64,000 nucleotides of DNA from the NCBI GenBank assembly GCA_043228905.1, contig JBHGNT010000002.1:19530001-19594000 (forward strand), in the 5' to 3' direction. A program made the position numbers and the translations under genes. Under the pieces are notes generated by a model that was not told where the DNA came from, did not search any database, and saw only the letters and a program-made list of their open reading frames with translations. This DNA comes from Azolla caroliniana. Taxonomy: Eukaryota; Plantae; Polypodiophyta. Within the stretch, counting starts at the first letter, position 1. Every line of letters begins with the position of its first letter. Positions 1 through 11,584 of this stretch are shown one piece after another.

Positions 1-1162
1 ACTCTCCGGAACACCACCACATGGATCGAGGATATGGTGCTCTCATCATTTCTTCGCCCGTAGACCCCGCCCGATGATTTATGAATGAATGTATGTATAT
101 ATGTATGAATATGCTTTCATTCCATTCCTCATTGACCGCCCATTGGAACCAAGTTATTCTACCTCGAACTGTAAATACCAATCAATCATTTTGCCCATAG
201 ACCCACCCTTGCCTCCCCCTCCAGCACACTTTGAAGATGAAGCTATCCTTGGCTCTGGTTCACATGCATTTGTAAGTCGTTGTTACCTACACTGTTGTCG
301 CATTTCCTTAAGGCCATGTTATTACTTTCAAGTTTCACCCCATGGGTCGTGGAAAGCAATTTTTGGGTAAGACATATTTTCAAGAGAAAAGTATCGACAC
401 TTGGGGAATGTTAAAGTCGTGTCTTCTTAGAAGAAACCCATTGACATGCACAATCTCACACTGAAAAAACACAGAGTGTTAAAAAGTGGAGATAACATCA
501 ACCCCATACATAGTTTAGTGAGCACGAGGGTTATTCGAGATCATATCTCGCCACTTGCTCATGCATTACTTCTTCGTTGCCTCCTTGTCAAACAATTGTC
601 TGTTGTTCATCAAGTCTAAAGCTCCCTTCGTTGCCAAAACCTAAGTCATCCTTATCTAGAGCCAATTAGTAATTGATATAGGATCACACAAGGTCTAGAT
701 AGGAACCTAGTGACGATTTGGGGGTTCCTAGGGATTCATCATTTTTCACAAACCCTTCAAATATTATACATTTGAAATTAAATTAGTTTATAAATTTGAG
801 CCCTTTTGCATAGGGTGACAGAACTAAAACGAAAGAAAGTGACGGGGGATATCCTTGAGCTTCGGCATGGCGAATCTACAATCAATGGCATGTCACCTTG
901 ATTGTCGTAGGCCTCCCATGAGATCCTCATGATTCGCTACCCTGTGATTTTGTTTGTCAACAAAGCCTAGTTGCTCAACTCCCAAAAATGTTGAACTTGA
1001 CAATGAGCTCTTACATTTCAAAACATAATGTTACAAGTCTACTTATGTCAAAACCTTAGGGTTAACTTAACCCTTTTTGGTCATTTTCATAAATAACCAC
1101 TTCAAAGGCTCGTAACATAAAGCATTTGTATTTCACCGTTGCCACACGCACTAAAATTTAAC

Positions 1163-1600
1163 ACCCCCTGTCAATGGGCATATACAATGTAATTGAGTGG
1201 GCAAGGATCATTATCAATCTATCAAAAGACTTTTGGTCATGGCATCCAATACATGGTCAAGTGTCAAAATTTTGTAAATAGCACGTTTATTCTCCGTGAC
1301 ACATTCCCATACTAAAGTGATATCGAACCTCTATGTGTTATGGTGTCAAATGATGTATTAGATTCTTTTCCAAACTGATAGTACCTTGACTATTGCTAGA
1401 TAAGGTCGGACCTGAGTTTGGAATGATTGGTCGAAAAGTGTCAGCTTGTTGATTGAGCCATATTGTTTGCTTTAGCATGTTGGATACATGTGCATATTTT
1501 GCTTCAATCATCAAGGTCATCATGCATTCTTGGAGTTTTGATCTCCACGAGATTTGGCCAAATGAATTTCTTGAAATCTTAGCATTCAAAGTGTGGCACT
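1163..1600 (-). pseudogene. Degenerate Ty1/Copia RNase H remnant followed by PPT
   Basis: The minus-strand ORF 1338-1589 reads ISWRSKLQEC...EAKY...KQTIWL, like Copia RNase H ISWxSKxQxxVALSTxEAEY. Further on, DHVLDAMTKSL resembles xNxADxLTKxL. A purine run AGGGGG followed by TGTT lies near 1170-1160. Confidence 0.6.
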
Positions 1601-1886
1601 CAAATTTTATGTGACCGAGCTTCTTGCAACAATTGCGAGTTCAGAAGTCCCAATACTTGATTTAGCTCCTTGAATTAATCAGACCCTGGAAGGTGCTCAA
1701 ACTTATTTTGAGTTGCAACCAATAACTCAAAGTTCGTACATTGTAGGAATCACCAATTTGGTGCTTTGTGCAAACATTTTATGTTGGCTCCAAAAGGAAA
1801 AAAGGAATTGTAAAATAAAAGAGAAAAAAATAACAATTCTCAGGTGATTAAGGTTATTGATTTCATGGAAGAAGTTATAAGGTTCG

Positions 1887-2665
1887 TGTTGAGAATCAAG
1901 CTCAACCTAGTCTAGCGTGCGAACACACCTTTTGAGAATCTATGAGCACCAAAAGGTCAAAGGTCACCACTACTTTCTACCCATTAACTATGTGTCATAG
2001 AATCATATTCTATGACACATAACTAGTGAGTTCCATATTCCCCATAACTAATGAGTTTCCACATTCCCCAAGGTTCTAGAGAGAGAGTAGGGGTTTTATC
2101 TAGAGAATATAGAGGGAGGGTGACCTTATATAATTTAAGCACCCGCCTCCTACTTTGTAATGTGTCGGTTAGTCTCCTTTGTAATATTCATATTGTTGTA
2201 GTTGTTCTCCACTTCTTGTTAATACATACATCCATCTTGAGAACTTCATTTTCCTATCTATCTATCATGTGTCTCTATTCTCTCCTCCTTCACACACACA
2301 CATAACACACATCCTTAATCTATTCCGCTACATAGAATCACACTAGAATCTTTACATGGTATCAACACGATTTGATAGCTTGATCTAGCCCATCCTCGTG
2401 TGTTGTGTCTACGTCGACGATTCAAGGAAATCCGGCTCATCACTATCGTAGTGTTGTTACATAGCTCGTGTCCAAGAGAGAAGAAGAAGGAAGAAATCTA
2501 CATCAACCACCATGAATACTCGAATGGGCAACTCTCTTCCCATCGAGAAGTTGGACCAAAACAACTTTGCATATTGGGAGTACAAGCTGCACCAATACCT
2601 TATCAGCCAAGGTTATTGGAGCTACATCAAAGGAGCACAAGAAAATAAACCCAACCCAAATGACG
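1887..2665 (+). mobile_element. Copia 5' fragment: LTR (~1887-2356), tRNA-Met PBS and gag start, cut off by a Gypsy LTR
   Basis: TGTT...TTTACA LTR with a TATA box, followed by TGGTATCA at 2357-2364. ATG 2512 gives MNTRMGNSLPIEKLDQNNFAYWEYKLHQYLISQGYWSYI, a Copia gag N-terminus. The LTR start is approximate. A 15-bp-arm hairpin lies at 1989-2021. Confidence 0.75.
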
Positions 2666-4790
2666 TGTCAATGACAAATAGACGAGGCTAAATACTAAGA
2701 GAAAGAGAGAGAGCATAGACAAGAGAACAAGAGAGAGAGAGAGAACAAGAGAGAGAGAGAGAGAGAGAATAGACAAGAGAATAAGAACTGAATTTATGCT
2801 TTTCGTAACTGGTGTTGTTTACCTTGATTAGAATCAAGGTGCACTTGAGTATTTATACAAGAATGAGGAGGTATGTATGAAAGCTAAGAATGTTCTAGAA
2901 AATGCATGAGGACGCATGCAAGCTAGGAAACATTTAGAGAATACATGAAGATGCATTCTCGAAAAGTTTCTTCAAAGTTCTAGTGATGAACATATAATGT
3001 AAGAAGTTTATATTATAAAATGATGCACATATAGATGTAGTTCAATTAGTAAGGTTGTCCAATAAGACCAGGAGGTCATGGGTTCAACCCCTACATTCCA
3101 CTATGGCATCATGTCTATGACATTATCCTCCCTTTAAGGCCGCCTCCCAAGACCTGCGCCCGACTTATGAGGGTATCATTGAGGTAAAACTCAAATGACC
3201 TCTAGAGCATTTTGTAAATCTATAACTAGTTCCCATGTGGCATCCGAAATTGGGTAACCTTTCCATAAGACCAAATATTGAAGTTGTTGACGACTCAGGC
3301 AAGAGTCGAGGATCTGGTCAACCTCGTACTCCTCCCCTGTCGACAATTCCACGGGGTTGCGGCGAAGGAGGCTGTCATCCCGGAAATCGAGAAGGATGGT
3401 AGAGTTCGGGGAGGGAAACGTGTAAAACATTGTGAATCCTGAATGTTGGGGGAAGTGCTAACCGAAAGGCGACGTGGTTTATTCGCTCAATGATACAAAA
3501 GGGGCTTAGCTTTTTGTAGTCCAATTTTGCACAGGTACGTGCGGTGGCGATGTGGTGACGTAACAACCAAACCATGTCCCCGACAACAAACTTTGGCACG
3601 ACCAAGCAATGTCAGTAGCCTGATCTTTATACTGGTCACTAGCAATACAGAATTCAAGGGAGAGGTCATGATGGACATTATGTAAAGTGTGGGGATGCGT
3701 CTTTGTCAAAGGATTGACTGAATTTGCAATAATGGAAATGTTGAAATGAGGGTGAAATCCATAGTTTGCAAAGAATGGGGAAATCTTAGTTGAAGTATGG
3801 ATACTATAATCTATTATTGTAGGCAAATTCCGCTATTGCAAGGAAGTCCACCCAATCCTCTTGTTGGTAGCTCACGGTACACTAGAGGTTACATTGTTCG
3901 AGGATTTGGTTGACTCTTTTGGTTTGTCCATCAGTTTGAGGATGGTATGTTGATGACAAGTTTACAAAAGTCCCGAATGTCTGCAAAAGTGGTCATCATA
4001 AGTGGGAGATGAATTGAGAACTTCGGTTAGAAGCGATATCCTCGGGTAAGTCGTGTCGTCAAAATACTTTTGTAAGAAAAAGGTCAGTTGTCTCCTCCCT
4101 CGAAAGGGTTTTGGAACAAGGGACAAAGTGAGCCATCGTCGAAAACTAATCGACAATCACTAGCATCGTGTCATGGCCACCGACACGAGGGAGGTCGGTT
4201 ATAAAGTCCATGGATATGGAGGCCCATGGTCGACTTGGAATTGGGAGCGGGTGGAGAAGACTGTATGGCCGATGGTGAGCCACTTTGGAGCGAGCACATA
4301 CGTCACACGTCTTGATAAATTCCTTGACAAATTTCCAAGGTTGGGGCCATCAAAACCCTCGAGATAGCAACTCCAGTGTTTTCGTGACCCCAAAATGGCG
4401 GCTAGAGGATCATCATTATAGTTTTGTAGTACTCGTGTGCGCACGATCTTTCTGGAATGTACTAGATGTGATTACGATATAGTAACCCATCCCGGGTTGT
4501 AAATTGGTTGAGATATGAGCTTTTCATTTCCGGGGATGGGTCATTCATGCACGTCATGATTTCATTGGCGAACGGGTCTGACATGGTTGCCTTGGCGATC
4601 TCGTCGAGCAAATAATCATCACGCAACATGCAGGTTTCGAACATCTAACGTTCATCGGGCCTCAACAATGGGATTGCTGAGAATATGCATTGTCCCCTGG
4701 GCATAGTGCAAAATTTGGTTGTCGAGAGAGGGCATCATCTTTCCCATGTTGAACGTCGAGTTGAAACAAGATCTCAAAGTCATATGGTGA
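2666..4790 (-). mobile_element. Degenerate Tcn1-like chromovirus, 3' half (RNase H end, integrase, chromodomain, PPT, 3' LTR 2666-3122)
   Basis: LTR with TGTCA...TGACA termini, preceded by PPT AAAGGGAGGATAA. Chromodomain EEYEVDQILDS...YLVLWKGYPISDATWE. The fragment VWLLRHHIATARTCAKLDYKKLSPF closely matches element C. Many stops and frameshifts. Confidence 0.85.
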
Positions 4791-7690
4791 TTTTGTTGAG
4801 AGACATGTAATCCATGCACATACGTAGTGTCCCATCTTTCTTCTCCACAAAAATGATGGGTGCACTGTAAGGTGATTGGCTTGGTCTAATGAATCCACGT
4901 GCTTCTAACTCCTATAATTGTTGTTTTAACTCTTCTAATTGAGCAACATTCATCCGGTAAGGAGCATTTGCAAGTGGTATGCTTCCTGGAATAATTGGGA
5001 TTTTATGGTCGATTGACCTTTGTGGTGGAAGAGTTTTGGGTAGCTCCGTTGTTAATATATCCTTGTATTGCTTTAATATTTCCTTCATTTTCTTTACCCT
5101 TAGTTCTACCTTCCTCACAATCGTTGTTGATGATTGCAGCGCGGTGCAAAGAAAAAGTTAACCACCCTTCCTCAAGACTCAGTTTGCTACTACTTTGTCG
5201 TGCAGAGTTTTGCGGTCACAGTTGTTGCCATAGCCTTTGTATTCCTCCTATGCATGCTTACAATGATGCATGCCTTCCCATCTTTGTTATCTAATAACAC
5301 CTTATCTACCTTTTTTCTGAATTGGTTGATGACATACTTGTCCACCCATTCTAGACCTAAGACCACTTTGCACCCATCCATGTTGACCGCTAGAAAAGGT
5401 GTCCGCCCCTTCCATTCTCCCACTTCAATCAAGACATCTGCCGCCAATGAACACTTATTAGTGTATCCTTGCACAAAACTCATAGAGAGGTTGGTTAAAG
5501 GCCGCAATTTTAATACACCATGACGCACGCATGGTTATGAAGTTGTGTGTTGCTCTGTTATCTACCATTGCCTCACAACCATGTCCATTAAATTTTATGT
5601 TGAGAAAGAAAGAGATTACTTGTGTTGTTGAGTTTGATTATGAGACAGGTGGGTCGTGCGGTGGCAACCCCTGCACGTACAACGACCTCTTCTCCTTCTT
5701 CCTCATATTGTGTTGTTATTGCTTCCATGTCTTGCTCGGAACCTTCCTCGAGCTCTATTAACTCAAGTTGTGAGGTGGCTGCCCGCACGATTAATTGCTT
5801 CTTTTTTGGACAATTAGATGCCAGGTGAGGGCCTCCACACTCAAAATAACCTCTCCTAATTAGTGGGGTTTGTTGTGTTGTAGTTGAAGTGGGACTCCTC
5901 GGTTGTCGTCCTCCCATGCTAGTTGTCCAGATAGATCTGATTGGATCCCCTCGTGTTATTCATCTTCTTATCGAGCTAGTGATAGTCGTCCACCCACAAT
6001 TGTTAGGCATACTTCCTAGATTGTTGTAGAAAGGCCGAGAGCTCCCTTCTATGTAGCAATGGGCTTAGTTTCGGCTCAAACCAAACCGAATCGTTAAACC
6101 GTGGCTTAACAGTTTATTGGTTCAAAGATAAATAAACCGTTTGGTTTAGTTTTGGTTTGGTTTGGTTTTGAATCTCATGGTTTAACGGTTTATGTGGTTT
6201 TGTTTAAAGGTTTAAAGGTTAAAAAATATTCTTAAATTTTTATCTCTAGGCTATAACTTTCAAAATTTAATTTTAAACCTCTAGGCTCTAACTTATTAAA
6301 TTTTATATGCATTATAAGTAGAGTCTCCTTTTGATGTATGATTCTCAAATTTATGATAAATATGATGACCAAATTTATAATAAGTGTGATAACCAAATTT
6401 ATGATGATTTTCTCACACAAATTCATAATAAGTATGATAATTAATATCTCTAAAAAATGGTTTGGTTTGGTTTGAAAGCTAAGAAACCGAACCGGGCCCA
6501 TTGCTACTTCTATGTCACCTATCCTTTTTGCCACCCTCATGGCTTCCTCAAAAGTTTGTGGGTTCACCTTCTCTACATCTAGCTTGACGTGAGGCTTCAA
6601 TCCAACTAAGAACCCATGAAGTTTGGTGATTTGATGAAGATGTGGCAGTTGCAATGTCACCTAGCATTACCTCTTAGTATACATGGTGAGTTGTCCTTCC
6701 CCTTGCCTCAACGTTCTCCATTCATCCATGATATGGAGATCTTCATTATGTGGTATGAAGTAATGACACAACTCTCATTTGAACTCCGTCCAGGGCATGA
6801 ACTCACACACGTTTTCTCTCGACATGCACCAATTTTGTGTTGGTCCATCTAAAAAACATGCGGAGACCATTACCCTCAAGTCGAGTTCTACCTGAGTTTG
6901 GACGAGGAATAGTTCGGTTTCCCTTATCCATCTTGTAAGTACCATCGAGTTCCTCTCCCCCATGTACATTTTTGGTTTGATAGGCTTGAATGATCCTAAG
7001 TTGTTGTGGCGGTTATCAACATTACCTACTTTCAGCCTCTGCACCATCTCCTCCAAACGCCCTAGTCCTCCTTCCACGTGCTTTCTCCCTTGTAACTCTC
7101 CCATTTGCAGGCCCGGTCCCTCTTCTTCTCTATGCCATCTCTAATATTCCATAATGAGCCTCCCGCTCTCTAATTCCCTACCCTCTTGGTTGCCTTGGTC
7201 TTAGTGCGATCTCCCCCAATGGTGTGCCTCCTCCATTCTTGGGCTCCCCTGAGTTGATCCCTCTTCTCCGCCTTCTTTCTACCATTGGTTAGCTAAAAGG
7301 GGGGGATCAATCTAGTATCTTTGTGGATATCTTGACTCCTCCCGTGGTGTCATTTGCCACTTCCTCGTACTCTATTTTCCTTTATTCTTAAATATCCTCT
7401 TGTTGGAATGGCTCGCCAATCACCTTAGCTTTGATATCCAGTTTTACACCAATGACACAAAATGAGAGGAAACATTGCATTCAATGGAAATGGAAAACAT
7501 AAGCAATAATTACTAACAACTAATGACACTAAAATTGTCCACCGGGAACCCCTCATTGAGGATCACAACTACTTCATTAAATAGAGTTTTATTGGAGTCC
7601 CAAACGTTCATGAGATGAAACACTTGTGCTTCCAAGATTTATTTTAATAATCTATTCTTTTATTTTATGTAATTGTAACGATCGTAACAA
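4770..7690 (-). mobile_element. Degenerate Ty3/Gypsy 5' half (PBS-Met, gag, zinc knuckle, protease, RT start)
   Basis: PBS-like TGGATATCAAAGC at ~7428-7440 on the minus strand. gag KPIKPKMYMGERN...WIRETE, knuckle FECGGPHLASNCP, protease remnant AMVDNRATHNFI, and LPPQRSIDHKIPIIPG...APYRMN...[16 protein letters not shown]. The LTR extent beyond 7441 is uncertain. Confidence 0.75.
6054..6506. mobile_element. hAT-type MITE (453 bp) inserted in Gypsy gag
   Basis: TIRs TAGCAATGGGC / GCCCATTGCTA. Exact 8-bp TSD CTTCTATG at 6046-6053 and 6507-6514. Subterminal AACCG/CGGTT/GGTTT repeats and an AT-rich non-coding interior. Confidence 0.9.
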
Positions 7691-8560
7691 TAAAGGAGAC
7701 TTAATAGTAATCATATTTTTATAATTTATTAATGAACGATTGCTCTTTTTTTAGTATTTTTTTTAAAATGAATTAATTATTATTATTTATATTTATTTTA
7801 CAAAACGAATGATTTTATAATATTCTTTGGGCCATTTCATATTCTCAAATATTGCAAATATCACGCATGTGTCAATCTATGATTGCAATGTCACACCAAC
7901 TCACCTATGCAACAAATTGGACAATAAAAGACTATGTCTTTTCAACATTATTGTGCAATCAAATCCAGATGCTTTGTGAATCACCTACCGTTACACTTTT
8001 GGATCCACAATGTGTTTTAGACAATGTTCTTGCAATGTTACTACTCATCTTTTCTTTTCTTTTTGAATTGTAATTAGCTTACCCTAATGGTAAGTTGTTT
8101 ATACTACTAACACTACATCTTAGGTTCGAAACCCAAATTTCTCACCTCTCTATTGTTCTATAGATATCTCTTATTTCACTAGATGCTACTGTGGAATGTA
8201 GGGTGTTGAGCGGCAAGCTCAACCGGATCCAAATCGGCTGATATAAGCCTGAGCCGGATCGGTGAGTCGGTGAGCTAGAGAGCCGATTAGCCGGATCAAG
8301 CAGCAACTGGAAGCCTAGTAGCAGCCTAGACTACTAGGTAGTTAATGTCTCGTAATTAGTGTTAGACGTTCGTGTGAGCATTGAAGTACATCGTACTTCT
8401 GTCAGTCCTCTTAGGACTTGTATAAATAGTGTTATTGAGCACGTTGTATGTACAAAGAATTTTACAGAGTTGTTAATAATAGATTTTAAGTTGTTTTGCT
8501 CTTTCTCTGTCTCTCCTGTGTACCTTCTGTGTATTAATCTCTCTCTCTCTCTCTCTCTCT

Positions 8561-8585
8561 CCCTAAACCCTAAACCCTAAACCCT
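8561..8585 (-). repeat. Interstitial telomeric repeat (CCCTAAA)3+CCCT at the LINE 5' junction
   Basis: ccctaaaccctaaaccctaaaccct sits between the (CT)n tract and the first LINE codon. Confidence 0.95.
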
Positions 8586-10146
8586 GCTCTATGCGGATGA
8601 CATAGTTTTGCTCTCTGAATCCGAACACAACCTACAAAGGCACCTTAATGCCTTAGATGACTTTTGTGTACAACGAGGATTGGTAGTGAATCTAGGGAAA
8701 ACGAAAGCCGTTATCTTCCACACATCGGCCCAAGTTAGAGCTAAGTGTCACCTAACTATCTCCCATAGCCCAGTCGAGGTGGTTGGATCATACGTTTATC
8801 TCGAAGTCACTTTTAGTGCCCGCTCAAGTAATTTTTCGATGACACAGGCAACGAAGGATAGACTCACGAGAGGACATGCATCCCTCTCACTCCTAGAGAG
8901 ACAATGCCACCAAGCACACTTTCAAGAGCCACGAACTAAAGGGTGGCTCTTTGACTCATTAGTGACCCCCTCCCTCATGTATGCATCAGTGGTTTGGGCT
9001 CCAGGATTACCATCTTTCATGTGGACGCAATTAGAGAGACCATTGGTGATGATGCTATCACGCCAACTCCGAAGCAAATCGACTGTACCACATGACATTA
9101 TTAGGGTTGAGTTCACGTTATCCCCAATGTTAGTAGAGGCACTTTTTCAACTTGTAGTCTTCATTCACAGGATACATAGCCAACCACATGATAGAATATC
9201 TCATCAAGCCTTTAAGGCCTCTCGATCATTGTATGAGTCCGGCTATACTAGCTCATGGTATGGCATGATGGTGAGTTGGCTTCTTGCGAATGGTCTAGAC
9301 ATTAATAACATACCTCCCCTTAAGTACAACCACACGAGTGATAACACTTTAATCTCTCATGAGGACCGCAATAAAGTAATACGCCAAGAAATATGGCAAA
9401 TTTACACTCGGTGTAAATGGATCACCCCACTAGAGCCACTCCCATCTAAAATGTTGTACTATAAGAAACACTTCGTGCACTTCTCTAAGTTAGGTTTTAT
9501 CACACGGCCAAAATATCTAGATGTATTCTTACCACATGCACTAAGGGTTGCCATTGGACAACTTAGAATATCATCTCACCAACTTGAGATTGAGAATGGC
9601 CGTATTAGTGGAGTCCCTAGGGAGGAAAGGATATGTAGGTTATGTCACATAGAGATAGAGGATGAGTATCACTTTACATGCAAGTGTCCAACCTATGCCG
9701 AGATAAGGGCAAAATACCAAGACATACTTGGTTCGTCTCCCACCCTCCCCAAACTATTAGATACTCTAGATATAAAGAAATTAGGCAAATACATTCTAGA
9801 GCTAAAACAACACAGAGAGAATAAGTTACAAAATGTTGACAATAATGTTGCTAATGATCACGAACATGTAACAAATGAAGTTTTTCAGGAACATGAGGAG
9901 ACAACGAATGCCGACACACTTGCACCACTTGGCCTTTCCATTGATGAGGCAGAAAACCAGAGAAGAACCAGACGTCCTCGGGTGTCGGGTTTCAAAGCAA
10001 CTCGACGTGATGTGGAAGCAATATTGAAAATAAGGGAACGTGAGCTACACCGTCTAGAAGTCATGGCTAGGGCACTCTCTACATTGGAACCCACATCAAG
10101 ACCCTTTGGCCCCCCACTTATTTTCGAGAGGCTTGGGTGGAAATAA
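8584..10146 (+). CDS. LINE reverse transcriptase C-terminal half plus zinc finger (5'-truncated, uninterrupted ORF)
   Basis: The frame is open from 8584 (listed ORF 8608-10146, 512 aa), with YADD at 8590-8601. There is no natural start because of the truncation. Confidence 0.8.
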   Translation: MLYADDIVLLSESEHNLQRHLNALDDFCVQRGLVVNLGKTKAVIFHTSAQVRAKCHLTISHSPVEVVGSYVYLEVTFSARSSNFSMTQATKDRLTRGHASLSLLERQCHQAHFQEPRTKGWLFDSLVTPSLMYASVVWAPGLPSFMWTQLERPLVMMLSRQLRSKSTVPHDIIRVEFTLSPMLVEALFQLVVFIHRIHSQPHDRISHQAFKASRSLYESGYTSSWYGMMVSWLLANGLDINNIPPLKYNHTSDNTLISHEDRNKVIRQEIWQIYTRCKWITPLEPLPSKMLYYKKHFVHFSKLGFITRPKYLDVFLPHALRVAIGQLRISSHQLEIENGRISGVPREERICRLCHIEIEDEYHFTCKCPTYAEIRAKYQDILGSSPTLPKLLDTLDIKKLGKYILELKQHRENKLQNVDNNVANDHEHVTNEVFQEHEETTNADTLAPLGLSIDEAENQRRTRRPRVSGFKATRRDVEAILKIRERELHRLEVMARALSTLEPTSRPFGPPLIFERLGWK

Positions 10147-10350
10147 AAATAGGCTTAGTGTATAGTCACTTTCGAGTATACTACATATTGTACAGTACTA
10201 GAACTCTTTTAGTTTAAGTTCTATTTTTTACTTTATTTTATTTTAGTTATGATGACTGGATAAATACTCTTTTGTTGTAAACCAATTGTCTCATGGGCCA
10301 AATTTGGCCTTAGAAGACGTTAATATATCTTCCTTTCTTTCTTTCTTTCT
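8584..10350 (+). mobile_element. 5'-truncated non-LTR retrotransposon (RTE-X/RTE-like LINE) with a (CTTT)n tail
   Basis: Begins at RT motif LLYADDIVL. Contains GLVVNLGKTK, YVYL, and C-terminal RISSHQLEIENGR...PREERICRLC...EDEYHF..KCPTY zinc finger. A 3' UTR is followed by (CTTT)4 at 10333-10348. Confidence 0.85.
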
Positions 10351-10429
10351 GTCTCTCTCTCTCTATGTGTTGCTATCCTGCTAAGCTGGTTGTCTAACGC
10401 TTTCGCACCTTCGTTTTTTACATAGGGGT

Positions 10430-11115
10430 CCCATCTTCTCTTCTTGACCGCCAACCTCTCGCACCGCCTTTGGTCCTACTTGAAGATAAAGAGGAGTTTG
10501 AGGTAAAGAAAATACTAGACTCCTGATAGGTATGCATAAATTTTCACTGACTATTATCATAGAAGGGTTATCCTCTATCCAAAGCCACTTGGGAACTAGC
10601 CAACGACCTCAACTATGCACCAAATGTAGTTCGGAATTTTTATTGTCATTATTCCCACAAACTCACTCCATCTAGAAGTCGACAATAAAGGGGAGGATAA
10701 TGTCATGACAACGTGATACTAGACATGAACATCTAGTAGTTTGTGTGTATTAGTATATTGTAAATTTGTATGGTTAGTCTAATATTAAATGAGTTGTCAC
10801 AAGGTAGCAACTTATATGCATATCTTTATAGAGAGGTGTAAGGTGGCACATAGTCATAGCCTACCTATTTCATTCTTAGTTCTATTAATATGGGGGTTCC
10901 CACCTAGTTGTCCTCCAAGAGTTCAACACAAGTTATTGGTTGTGTGTGATTCTATTAATCATCTTTCTCTTCATTGCTCTTTCTTCTTCTTTCGTCTCTC
11001 GTATCACTCTACTCATTCATTCACACATTCATTTATTGGCTTAGTGGTTTGTCTTGCATGTCTTGCTCATTTTCTAGTTCACTCATTCATTGATCGATGT
11101 CTTACATCCATAACA
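10430..11115 (+). mobile_element. Chromovirus 3' remnant: chromodomain, PPT, LTR (10701-~11115)
   Basis: EEFEVKKILDS...KGYPLSKATWEL, then PPT AAAGGGGAGGATAA and TGTCA at 10701. The PPT/LTR start matches the 2666-4790 element. Confidence 0.7.
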
Positions 11116-11584
11116 TTATGGCTTACCAAAGTAATTATGCCCTACATAAGAGATACCACCATGTTATTGTTGTCGATATCCTAAGATTGCCAATGATGTC
11201 ATCATCATTGGGCCATGGTTGACACCAAGTTTGTTGCTAACATGGAGTATGTTAGCACTAATGGGTCGGTATTCGCATTGCTACCATAATTAGGATATTA
11301 TTGCTAAAGACTATGCCAACCAATAATGGAAGCGATAATGGAAAGTGCGAAGAATAAGTTAGATGATTGAGAGGGTGAAGAACAAGACAAGAAAAGTTGC
11401 TCATGAAAGAGTAGAGAAAAAATACGTGGGATGAGAGTCGAGCAATGGCCAATCAAGCCTTAGCTAATATTTGACCAATCATGGGATTGATGGTCAATAG
11501 TCTCTAGCTAAGAGTCGAGCGATTTCCAAGATAAGTGATAAGTAAGTCGATTGTCAAAACTCATTGTCCAAGAGACAATTCAAC

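Larger units (their letters stand above)
8204..10422 (+). mobile_element. Solo LTR interrupted by a LINE
   Basis: TGTTG...TTACA termini with a 5-bp TSD TAGGG at 8199-8203 and 10423-10427. It has a TATA box near 8421 and a (CT)n tract that is split by the LINE. Confidence 0.8.

Noticed and set aside
3035-3100. Functional tRNA genes at 3035-3100, 34426-34485 and 39930-39995
   Set aside because: A/B boxes are present, but there is no convincing acceptor or anticodon stem. They are reported only as tRNA-like modules.
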